From: a bacterium
GTDB taxonomy: Bacteria; UBA8248; JACPRG01; G963555815
DNA: 64,000 bases
NCBI GenBank assembly: GCA_965218795.1
Contig: OZ244653.1
Location: 192,001 to 256,000, forward strand
Direction: 5' to 3'
The translations under genes and the position numbers were made by a program. Of the stretch, positions 53,883 to 62,888 are shown one piece after another (within the stretch, counting starts at the first letter, position 1; every line of letters starts with the position of its first letter). The notes below the pieces were generated by a model, which did no database searches, was not told where the DNA came from, and was given only the letters and a program-made list of their open reading frames with translations.

Positions 53883-54296
53883 ATGAAGGTTTTCTCAAGA
53901 CAGAGTCTGCTTTTGATCGTGATGGGTCTCGCCCTGGCGACCGGCGGCTGTAGCTGGTTCGGTGGCTGGTTCAAGAGCAAGCCCGAGGAAGACCCCGAAC
54001 TCAAGGGGAAAGTCGCCTTCAAGGTCACCATTGCCGCCAAGCGGTATTCGTTTCGGCCCGACATCATCCGGGTGAAACAGGGAACCCCGTTGGAAATCAC
54101 GCTGAAGAGCGAAGACGTCCCCCACGGGTTCGGGATTCGGCGGCCCGGCCGGTCGCAGAATTTCGGCGCCTTCGAGCCCGGCAGACCCCTCCGCGTGCTG
54201 ATACGGACCCAGAAGAAGGAAATCATCGAGTTCTTCAGCACGGTCTACAGCGGCGTCGATTACTACAAGATGAAGGGCAAGATCATTGTCGAGTGA
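53883..54296 (+). CDS. Cupredoxin (CuA/CoxII-like) lipoprotein with substituted metal ligands
   Basis: Lipobox-like LATGGC; RYSFRPDIIRVKQG..SEDVPHGF..FFSTVYSGVDYYKMKGKIIVE. Confidence 0.75.
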   Translation: MKVFSRQSLLLIVMGLALATGGCSWFGGWFKSKPEEDPELKGKVAFKVTIAAKRYSFRPDIIRVKQGTPLEITLKSEDVPHGFGIRRPGRSQNFGAFEPGRPLRVLIRTQKKEIIEFFSTVYSGVDYYKMKGKIIVE

Positions 54297-54369
54297 ACCG
54301 GACGTTCTGGGTTCCCGGGTGAAAGACAAACCGGCCGGGGGCCGGCAGGCAACAACGAGCGAGCGGAGA

Positions 54370-54909
54370 ATGCTCCGGCTGCTGGCTGTCATCCCCCTGG
54401 CCTTCCTGTTGATCCTGGGGGGCTACGCCTGGCTCACGCGGGTTCAAGGGCCTCCCGCCGCCAAACCGCTCCCATTGCGCGCGGGGGAGGAAGCGCCAGG
54501 CTTCACCTTTCCGGACCTCGACGGCCGCCGGGTCTCCCTGTCGGATTATCGGGGCCGGGTCGTCTTCCTGAACGTTTGGGCGACTTGGTGCGTGACGTGC
54601 ACATGGGAGATGCCTTCCATGGAGGCCCTTCACCGGAGATACCGAGATCAGGACCTGGCCATGGTCACCGTGAGTATCGACGCCCTGGGAAAGGACGTGG
54701 TCGCCCCTTACATGGATAAGCTGGGTTTGACCTTCGGATCGCTCCTGGATCCGAAAGGAAATATCCGGAAGTTGTACCGAATCACCGGCGTGCCCGAAAC
54801 CTTCATCATCGGCCGCCAGGGAAAGCTTTTTCGCAAGATTGTGGGCCCGCGCGAGTGGACGAGCCGGGAGAACATCGAGCTCATCGAGATCGCCCTGCGC
54901 TCATCCTGA
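54370..54909 (+). CDS. TlpA/ResA-family thiol-disulfide reductase
   Basis: N-terminal TM; APGFTFPDLDG, LNVWATWCVTC, GVPETFII. Start may be upstream (54286). Confidence 0.9.
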   Translation: MLRLLAVIPLAFLLILGGYAWLTRVQGPPAAKPLPLRAGEEAPGFTFPDLDGRRVSLSDYRGRVVFLNVWATWCVTCTWEMPSMEALHRRYRDQDLAMVTVSIDALGKDVVAPYMDKLGLTFGSLLDPKGNIRKLYRITGVPETFIIGRQGKLFRKIVGPREWTSRENIELIEIALRSS

Positions 54910-54933
54910 GGGATTCCGGTCCACGCCGCGGGT

Positions 54934-56079
54934 TCACGCCTCCTCCTCGAAAAACCCCAGACGGGTCTTCTCATCGACCTCCAGCGCAATCGCCTTGAGG
55001 AGAGCGGCTGACTGCACCATGTCGTTCAGGTCGATCATTTCGACGGGCGTGTGGAAATACCGGCCGGGCGCGATGCCGAGACAGCCCGCGGGAATTCCCC
55101 TTCTGACCATCTGGAAATATGCCGAATCGCCCGACGTATGGTCGTTGACCTGAATTTGCAGCTCGATCCCGTGCCGCTCCGCGGTGTTCAAGAGCACTCG
55201 CTTCACGGCCGGCGTCATGGTCACCCGGCCGGCCGACTGCGGCATGGAGATGCTGCCTCCCGTGAGCGTCACGACCGGCCCTCCCCCCATTCGCACCGTC
55301 GAATCCCCCTCGCGCAGGTCGGGCGTATCGTCTCCTATGGCGATCTCCAGGGCCAGGGCGAGATCTGGATCCACATGGTAGGCGGCGATATGTGCGCCTC
55401 GCAGCACGACTTCCTCCTGGACCGTGACCACGCCGTACAGCGTACCGGGCAGCTCGTGTTCACGGAGGTCGCGGAAGAGCTCGATGAGCAGGGCGCAGGA
55501 ACACCGGTTGTCGATGGAGGTTCCGCAGAGGATGTCGCCATCCCCCATCTCGAAGCAGTCGGGCTCGAAGCAGATCGGATCGCCCACCCGGATCCCCAGT
55601 CGCCGAACCTCCTCATCGCTTCGGGCGCCCACATCGATATAGAGGGAACGGAGGGGAGGCGCCTCCGCCGGCGAGGGCGCCCCCGCCGCGGTCTTGAGAT
55701 GGGGCGGTCTGAACCCGATGACGCCGAGCCGTCCCTTCACGCGGATCTTCCGGGCGGGGAGGATAGTGTTCGTGATGGTCCCCATTCGCTCGAACCGGAT
55801 GAAACCGTCCGGCTCGATCCGCTGGACGACAAAGCCAATCTGGTCGGAGTGGGCGGCGAACATCAGCCGGGGACGCTCGGACCGTCCGGAGCGCCGCGCG
55901 TAGATGGTTCCGAACCGATCGACCGTCACCTCGTCGGAGAGCGGCCGGAGCGCGTCGGCCAAGTAGCGGACGACCTCCTGCTCGTGTCCCGCGACGCCCG
56001 GAAGTTTGCACAGGGCCTTGATCTCTTCGCGTAGGCGTTCTTTGATTTCGACTCCTTGACTCTCAGCCCGATCTGTCAC
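54934..56079 (-). CDS. M42-family metallopeptidase
   Basis: GVAGHE, MFAAHSDQIGF, LYIDVGA, IDNR, VQEEV, RYFHTPVE. Confidence 0.88.
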   Translation of the reverse strand: MTDRAESQGVEIKERLREEIKALCKLPGVAGHEQEVVRYLADALRPLSDEVTVDRFGTIYARRSGRSERPRLMFAAHSDQIGFVVQRIEPDGFIRFERMGTITNTILPARKIRVKGRLGVIGFRPPHLKTAAGAPSPAEAPPLRSLYIDVGARSDEEVRRLGIRVGDPICFEPDCFEMGDGDILCGTSIDNRCSCALLIELFRDLREHELPGTLYGVVTVQEEVVLRGAHIAAYHVDPDLALALEIAIGDDTPDLREGDSTVRMGGGPVVTLTGGSISMPQSAGRVTMTPAVKRVLLNTAERHGIELQIQVNDHTSGDSAYFQMVRRGIPAGCLGIAPGRYFHTPVEMIDLNDMVQSAALLKAIALEVDEKTRLGFFEEEA

Positions 56080-56090
56080 GTATGCGCCCC

Positions 56091-57098
56091 TCAGGGGAAG
56101 ATCTTCTCCTTCGGGAGGTACGCCCGCGTGTAGACGTCCTTGGGGTCGATTTTCCGCGGGAGGTCCATGTACGTTTGGAACAGGGTTACCGTATCTGCCA
56201 TTTTCTTGTCGCCGATCCAGCCAAGCCCGTGTGTTTTGGTCTCCTCCGTTGCGATGTTTCGCATGGCGATGCCCCATTCAGCCCGCGTCAGGGCAGGGTC
56301 TTTGTCCGGATAGACTTTCAGAAATTCCGCTACCGCAGCATCAGGGTGTTTGATAGCCCAGACCTGCGATTGCAGGATGGCGCGCACCATGCGCCGGGCC
56401 TGATTGGGGTTCTGCTGTAGCCGGTCGTCCCGGGCGATGATGTTGTAGGAGTAAACGTCGATGCCGTGTTCACCCCAGAGCATCTCATTGACCTTCACTC
56501 CGGCCTTTTTCGCCTGTCTCTGAAGCGCGGGATAGACCGTGGTGAGGGTCAGGAGGAAGTCGACTTTGCCCGCCAGAAGGCTTGGATTCTTCGCCGATGG
56601 GGTCATTTGCACGAATTCCCATGTCTTGATCCCATGGAGCTTCGCGAAGGCGGGGTAGAGGATGATGCCCCCTCCGGCTGAATCGCCGATACTCTTGCCC
56701 TCCAGATCTTTTGGCTTGCGAATGCCTGATTTTTCGAGGGTGTAGATGGCCATGAGGTTCCCGGGAATGGCCATCGCGATGATCTTCACGGGAACCCCTC
56801 TCGAACGTCCCACGACTGTATAAGACGTCCCGCAGTAGCCGTAGTCCACCTCCTTCGCGCCGGTCCGTTGCACTGTGTTGGCCGACCCCGAACCCCGGAT
56901 GAGGTTGAGGTCAATGCCCTCAGCCTTGAATACGCCGCGCCGCAGCCCTGAGTAAAAGGCGGCGTGGATCCCACTCGGCACCCAATCCAGCATCATGTCG
57001 AGGCGCTCCGCCCTTGCCGAGCCGAGAAACAGGACGACGAACGCGAGGCATGCGCCGAGAGCCAACAATCGCCTGAGAAATGCGTGTGTGATCGTCAT
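56091..57098 (-). CDS. ABC transporter substrate-binding protein, NMT1/THI5-like
   Basis: Signal peptide; LDWVPSGIHAAFY..GVFKAEGIDL..GSGS; KPKDLEGKSIG. Confidence 0.88.
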   Translation of the reverse strand: MTITHAFLRRLLALGACLAFVVLFLGSARAERLDMMLDWVPSGIHAAFYSGLRRGVFKAEGIDLNLIRGSGSANTVQRTGAKEVDYGYCGTSYTVVGRSRGVPVKIIAMAIPGNLMAIYTLEKSGIRKPKDLEGKSIGDSAGGGIILYPAFAKLHGIKTWEFVQMTPSAKNPSLLAGKVDFLLTLTTVYPALQRQAKKAGVKVNEMLWGEHGIDVYSYNIIARDDRLQQNPNQARRMVRAILQSQVWAIKHPDAAVAEFLKVYPDKDPALTRAEWGIAMRNIATEETKTHGLGWIGDKKMADTVTLFQTYMDLPRKIDPKDVYTRAYLPKEKIFP

Positions 57099-57597
57099 GG
57101 CTGGGTCCTCCTCCGGTTCCAGGGGCCTCACCGGGCCGTGGTGCGTCCGGCATGAGTTTCCTCCTTTGTTTCGGATGATCGCAGGCTAGCAACGACACCC
57201 AGTCAGGTCAACCATTTTTCGTTGAAGTGAAATTTTCCCAGGGGCCCAGCAGGCGGGGCCAGCAACGGTTTCGCTGGTCGCAAGGCGTACTGATTTTCGA
57301 TGCCGCGATTCAGCCCGACTGCGGCGCCCAACCGGCGCCGCGAAACCGTAGAGGCGCGTTGCCTCCAATGAAGTCTCTCCTCGAAGAAATATCCGTGAGC
57401 CCTGGCTTCCGCTCGAATCGGGGTCATTCGGGGCGCAAGCGCTTTGAAGCCGTTCGGAAAGAGGATTAAACTGATGAATGGTTGGTTCAGGCGTAATCAG
57501 GCGGGGATATCCGGGTTCGGTCAATGTCGAGGAGGCTGCAGGCGCATCGGCCCGCGGGCCATCCGATTTGAATCCCGATTTTCAGAGGAATGCTGTC

Positions 57598-58230
57598 ATG
57601 AGTTCAGAGTCTCTGGAAGTTTTGGTCTATCACGATTACTGCTGACCGTGGTGTTACAATTCCGCCGTGCGGCTGGAACAGGTCAAGGAAAAGTATGGCG
57701 ACCGGATCGACATCCAGTATCGGTCCTTTCTCCTGCGGGCCGAGCCGGACCCGACCGTAGTCTTCAACGATTACCGCCGTCAGCATTGGGAGCGGGCCAA
57801 CGGGCAGGGGGACGGAGGTGCGTTCCGTCCCTGGCACAGCGAGGAGCCTTTCCCCAATCACAGTCTGCCTTCCTCCGAGGCGGCCAAGTGCGCCGCGCTG
57901 CAGGGGGAGGACGCCCACCGTCGCTTTCATTTCGCTGTGCTGAAGGGGGCCTTCGAGGACAGCCGGAACATCAGCGACCCCAAGGTCTTGACGGAGATTG
58001 CCGAGGAGCAGGGTCTCGATGTCCCCCGGTTCAAGGAAGACCTCCTGAGCGGTTCGCAGAAGGACAACGTTATCCGGGAATATGTCGAAGGGGTGAACCA
58101 CTTCGGCGTCCAGTCGATCCCCACCGTGATCCTCGGGCGTGAGCGGGCCCTGGTCGGCGCGGTTCCGCGCGAACAGTACGACCAAGTCATCGATCAGCTT
58201 TTGGAATCACGGGACGACCCTTCGTCCTGA
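57598..58230 (+). CDS. DsbA/FrnE-family oxidoreductase, probable selenoprotein (UGA at 57643-57645)
   Basis: MSSESLEVLVYHDYC-TGA-PWCY continues in frame into ORF 57667-58230 (..NISDPKVL..GLD..GVQSIPT); GAGG RBS; downstream hairpin. Confidence 0.8.
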
Positions 58231-58250
58231 GCCACCCGGAGACTGCCGAG

Positions 58251-59225
58251 TTGCCCAGCCTAGCCGATGTCCCGGGCGTCCGCGTCGGACACGCGCAGGA
58301 TCCGGAGGCCCTAACCGGCTGCACCGTCATTCTGTTTGAAGGCGGGGCCGTGGCCGGGCTGGACCTTCGGGGAAGCGCGACTGGCACTCGGCAGATGGAT
58401 GCCCTGCGCCCGCAGCACCTGGTCGGGCGGATCGACGCCGTGTTCTTCTCCGGAGGGAGCGCGTTCGGCCTCGACGCCGCGGCCGGCGTGATGACCTACC
58501 TGGAGGAGCGGGGCGTCGGTTTTCCCACCGGCCAAACCAGCGTCCCTATTGTTCCCGCCGCGATCCTTTACGACCTGGCCCTGGGAAGGAGCGACGTCCG
58601 CCCGACGCCGGACATGGCCCGACGCGCCTGCGAAGCCGCCGACGGACCGGACGGCCGCGCGCCCGCCGAGGGTTCGGCCGGAGCGGGGACCGGGGCGAGC
58701 GTCGGCAAGCTGTTCGGCCCCCGGCGGGGAATGAAGGGCGGCGTGGGGACTTGGTCGTTGAGTTCGCCCAAGGGCGCCGCCGTTGGGGCCCTGGCCGTCG
58801 TCAACGCCTTCGGCGACGTGATCTGCCGGGAAACGGGAAGAATTCTCGCGGGCGCCCGAACGGCCGAGGACTCCCTGGAGCTTGCGGACATGGCCGGCAT
58901 GATGCGCCGGGGGATCACGCGCGATACATTCAGCGGGGAGAACACGACCCTCTGCTGCGTGGCCACCGACGCCCGGCTGGACCGCGCCTCGGCGGAGAAG
59001 CTGGCCCAATTCGCGGCGGGCGGAATGGAGCGGACCCTGCGTCCCGCCTTCACCACCCTGGACGGAGACTTGGTGATCGCCGCTTCGGCGGGAGAGAGGG
59101 AAGAGGACCTGAACGTCCTGGGCCTTCTGGCCCAGGAGGCCGTCGCCGTCGCCGTCAACCGCGCCGTGACCGAGGCGGAACCCCTCGGCGGCCTGCCGGC
59201 GGCGAAAGACCTTCCGCAATCCTGA
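58251..59225 (+). CDS. P1/S58 (DmpA-like) peptidase
   Basis: DVPGVRVGHA, TGCTVI, SGGSAFGLDAA.GV, GAGTGA, KGGVG, VVNAFGDV, NTTL, DGD. Confidence 0.9.
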   Translation: MPSLADVPGVRVGHAQDPEALTGCTVILFEGGAVAGLDLRGSATGTRQMDALRPQHLVGRIDAVFFSGGSAFGLDAAAGVMTYLEERGVGFPTGQTSVPIVPAAILYDLALGRSDVRPTPDMARRACEAADGPDGRAPAEGSAGAGTGASVGKLFGPRRGMKGGVGTWSLSSPKGAAVGALAVVNAFGDVICRETGRILAGARTAEDSLELADMAGMMRRGITRDTFSGENTTLCCVATDARLDRASAEKLAQFAAGGMERTLRPAFTTLDGDLVIAASAGEREEDLNVLGLLAQEAVAVAVNRAVTEAEPLGGLPAAKDLPQS

Positions 59226-59888
59226 CTTGAATCCCGCCGGTATCCTGAATCACGATTCCTCGCGCGGCCGCCGAGTTTTCATCGGACGAACACCTGAACG
59301 GGTGGTCGGACAACACGAAATCCCTCCCGATGGAATGGCACCCGAAACACAGAGGAATGCCGTTGCCGCTGGCCACGGGCTTGGAACCGTCGGTCGTGCT
59401 GGCGACCTCAATACCAGAACCGCCCCGCCCTGAAGCTTTCCGCTCCCGTCGTACATCTCCTTAGACGATGGAAGCTCCGGACGGATGCGATTTGTTTCCG
59501 GCGGCCAGCGAACAATATGCGCAATCATCATGCGGGGCAACCATGAAAGCAGAGAACGACGCTGAACGGTCCGAATTGGCGGAAGGACCTTCGGCAGGAT
59601 GCGAAAATGCGCAATTCCAAGGCTGTTCTTAAGCAGCCCATCATCTTTTTGATTGCATTGATTCGATGAAGGATTCACCGCTTCGGAGAATGTAATGATG
59701 AATCCCGTTTTCGAGCGCCTCGAAGAACTTGTCTTGATGTTCAGATGTCCCATCATGGTTGAGGGGACAAATGACCAATCTTCATTGACATAGGCATACT
59801 TTGAGACATAAGGTGAAAATAAGGAATTTTATTGTTTTGGTCTCAATCGGGAATGAAATCTGAATGTGTTGAGGGATGAAATCGGCAG

Positions 59889-60116
59889 ATGGGTTTCGGC
59901 ATTATCGAGATCCTGATCATAGTTGGAATCATCATCCTGCTTGCGGGGGGAAAGCGTCTGCCGGAGTTGGGCTCCAGCCTGGCCAAAGCCATCCAGGGAT
60001 TCAAGCGAACGATGAAGGAGTCCGACCACATCAATGTCACCCCCCAGGAGAAGCGGGAAAACGGAAGTTCGACGGATTCCGCCGATGATCAGGAGGACGC
60101 GAAACGGGCCTCATAA
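59889..60116 (+). CDS. tatA: Twin-arginine translocase TatA/E
   Basis: EILIIVGIIILLAGGKRLPELGSSLAKAIQGFK. Confidence 0.9.
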   Translation: MGFGIIEILIIVGIIILLAGGKRLPELGSSLAKAIQGFKRTMKESDHINVTPQEKRENGSSTDSADDQEDAKRAS

Positions 60117-60194
60117 GAATGGATTCGGCAGGGCATGCACCGATCCCGCGATGAGATGGGATCAGGTTCGAACCCTGCGCAATTGGATAGGCGT

Positions 60195-62369
60195 ATGATC
60201 CGTCTCGAAGACATCATCGCAAAACTCGAGGCTTATCTCGCGGAGGAGGAAATCGACCTCGTCCGGAAGGCCTACGTGTACTGCGCCAAGGTACACGGCG
60301 GACAGGTTCGCCTCTCGGGCGAGCCCTACCTCTCGCATCCCCTCGAAGTCGCCGGGATTCTGGCGAACCTGCACCTGGACGCCACCAGCGTCGCCGTCGG
60401 GCTTTTGCACGATACGGTGGAAGACACCCGCACCGAGGCGGAAGACATCCGCAGCATGTTCGACGACACCCTCGCCGATCTCGTGGAGGCCCTGACCAAG
60501 ATCGGTCAGATCGAAGCCTCCAGCGCACACGATCGGCAGGCCGATAATTTCCGCAAGATGCTCATGGCCATGTCGCAAGATCTGCGGGTCATCATCATCA
60601 AGCTGGCCGACCGGCTCCACAACATGAGGACGCTCGAATTCCACAAGCCGGACAAGCGCCAGGCCATCGCCCGGGAAACAATGGACATCTATGCGCCGCT
60701 GGCCAACCGTCTCGGCCTTGGCTGGATCAAAGAGGAACTGGAGGAGACGGCGTTTTGTTACCTCAATCCCCAGGAGTACGAGGACATCAGCCGGCGGCTC
60801 GCGGCCAGCAAAGAAGACAGAGAAGCTTACGTTCAGGAAGTGGCGGATGCCCTGGAGGCCGATTTGAAGAAGTCCTCACTGAACGTCCGGATCATGGGGC
60901 GGACCAAGACCATCCCGAGCATCCACCGGAAACTCGTCGCCCAGAACGTCACCATCGATCAGATTTACGACATTACAGCGCTGCGAATCATCATCGACTC
61001 CGTCAGGGACTGCTACGCCGTCCTGGGGGTGATCCATACGCTGTGGATGCCGATCCCGGGCCGGTTCAAGGACTTCGTCGCCCTGCCCAAGGCGAACATG
61101 TACCAGTCCATCCACACCACCGTGCTTGGACCCCGCGGCCACCGGGTGGAATTTCAGGTCCGGACGGCGGAGATGCACAGCGTGGCCGAGTCGGGAATCG
61201 CCGCCCACTGGCTGTACAAGGAAGGCCGGCCCCAGGAGGAGCGTGAGGATGAGCGGTTCAACTGGCTGCGCCAGCTTCTCGAATGGCAAAAAGAAGTGCA
61301 GGACCCCAAGGAATACATGCACACCCTGCGGACCGACCTCTTCCAGGAAGAGGTCTATGTCTTCACCCCCAACGGCAGGGTCATTGAGCTGCCCCGAGAT
61401 GCCACACCGGTGGATTTCGCCTACCTGATTCATACCGATATCGGCAATCACTGCACCGGTGCCAAGGTGAACGGAAAGATGGTTCCCCTCAAGCGGCCGC
61501 TGGAAAACGGCGAGATTGTCGAGATCATCACCTCGCCCCATCGAAAACCCAGCCGGGACTGGTTGAAGTTTGTCAAGACCGGCCGCGCGCGGTCCAAGAT
61601 CCGGGCCTTTCTGCGGTCCGAGGAAAAGGATCGCGCCCTGGGGCTGGGCCGCGAGATCCTGGAAAAGGAGTTGACCCGCTACGCGGTGAAGCCCGGAAGC
61701 GGGATGCTGAAAGAGAGGAAACTGGGAGAGGCGGCGCGCTCGCTGGGCTTACCGTCGGCGGAAGAGGTTTTCCTGGGTCTGGGTTTCGGACGTCTGGCGC
61801 CCCGCCAGGTCCTGTCAAAACTCCTCCCGCCCGAAGTGCTCCAGGCTCATCACAGGGGCGGGGAACGCCTGCCCCAGCGGGAACCTTCCGAAATGGGCCC
61901 CCAGGAGGCCCATGTCAAAGTGAAGAACGTTGAGGATGTGCTGGTCCGGCCGGCGGGGTGCTGCAATCCGGTGCCCGGGGAGCCCATCGTCGGCTATATC
62001 ACGCGGGGGAGGGGAGTGACGATTCACAGCGTCGATTGCCCCAACGTGGGTATGCTGGATTACGAACCGGACCGCCGGGTCGACGTGGAATGGGACGTGG
62101 AAACGGACGCGCAATACATCGTCGAGTTGCGGCTCGAATCCGTGGACGAGCCGGGCATCCTGGCCAAGATCAGCGGGGTCCTCGCCGACAACCACGCCAA
62201 CATCGTCCATATCCAGGCTGAAACGCCCGAGAGTGGAGAGGCGGCCGTGATCCATTCCGGCATCCAGATCCAGAACCTCAAGCATTTGGAGAAGGTGGTG
62301 AGGGGGCTTCGGGCGATCCCGGGTCTCCTCAAGGTCGAGCGCGTGAAAGGCGCGCCCGTCCGTCATTAG
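60195..62369 (+). CDS. rel: Bifunctional (p)ppGpp synthetase/hydrolase Rel/SpoT
   Basis: SGEPYLSHP, LLHDTVED, KLADRLHNMRTL, YQSIHTT, EFQVRT, TGS (VFTP..DFAY.IHT), CCNPVPG, ACT domain. Confidence 0.97.
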   Translation: MIRLEDIIAKLEAYLAEEEIDLVRKAYVYCAKVHGGQVRLSGEPYLSHPLEVAGILANLHLDATSVAVGLLHDTVEDTRTEAEDIRSMFDDTLADLVEALTKIGQIEASSAHDRQADNFRKMLMAMSQDLRVIIIKLADRLHNMRTLEFHKPDKRQAIARETMDIYAPLANRLGLGWIKEELEETAFCYLNPQEYEDISRRLAASKEDREAYVQEVADALEADLKKSSLNVRIMGRTKTIPSIHRKLVAQNVTIDQIYDITALRIIIDSVRDCYAVLGVIHTLWMPIPGRFKDFVALPKANMYQSIHTTVLGPRGHRVEFQVRTAEMHSVAESGIAAHWLYKEGRPQEEREDERFNWLRQLLEWQKEVQDPKEYMHTLRTDLFQEEVYVFTPNGRVIELPRDATPVDFAYLIHTDIGNHCTGAKVNGKMVPLKRPLENGEIVEIITSPHRKPSRDWLKFVKTGRARSKIRAFLRSEEKDRALGLGREILEKELTRYAVKPGSGMLKERKLGEAARSLGLPSAEEVFLGLGFGRLAPRQVLSKLLPPEVLQAHHRGGERLPQREPSEMGPQEAHVKVKNVEDVLVRPAGCCNPVPGEPIVGYITRGRGVTIHSVDCPNVGMLDYEPDRRVDVEWDVETDAQYIVELRLESVDEPGILAKISGVLADNHANIVHIQAETPESGEAAVIHSGIQIQNLKHLEKVVRGLRAIPGLLKVERVKGAPVRH

Positions 62370-62461
62370 GCCGACACGGAAAAGCGGTTTTTTGGCTGGG
62401 ATTTTCGTAAGGTGAATCTGGCCCTGCAGGAAAGGATCGAGGTGGGGGAAACCGCCGTCCT

Positions 62462-62689
62462 CTAGCTTGACGCTTCCGCTTTCGGTTGGGAGCTGCTGCG
62501 GACGGCCTTCTGCACCTTGCCGGAACGAATGCAGGATGTGCAGACGGTCATTCGCTTTGCTCCACCGGCAACTTGCACGCGGATACGCTGAAGATTGGGT
62601 TCCCAGCGGCGTTTGGATACCTTGTGCGCATGGCTCACCCGGTGACCGACCATCGGGCCTTTTCCGCATACTTCACAACGTTTTGACAC
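62462..62689 (-). CDS. rpmB: 50S ribosomal protein L28
   Basis: SKRCEVCGKGP..GHRVSHAH..SKRRWEPNLQ..VCTSCIRSGKV. Confidence 0.96.
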   Translation of the reverse strand: MSKRCEVCGKGPMVGHRVSHAHKVSKRRWEPNLQRIRVQVAGGAKRMTVCTSCIRSGKVQKAVRSSSQPKAEASS

Positions 62690-62888
62690 GGCGTCAATCC
62701 TCTCCAAAACCCGTTGAGGGCGCCCCTCTGAAGCGCTTCAAGATACAAGAATTACGTAAATTATCACCTCGCTCCGGTTCGTGCAAATCTTTTTGGTCCG
62801 GTCTGGGACGGGCGGAGATTCTCACGAAGTCCGATCGGACCATCAGGCTTCGATCTGACGTCCCTTCTTTTGAAGCATCCCTTCCCCC

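Noticed and set aside
59250-59756. 168-aa minus-strand ORF
   Set aside because: No recognisable motifs, atypical composition and no clear RBS; likely intergenic.
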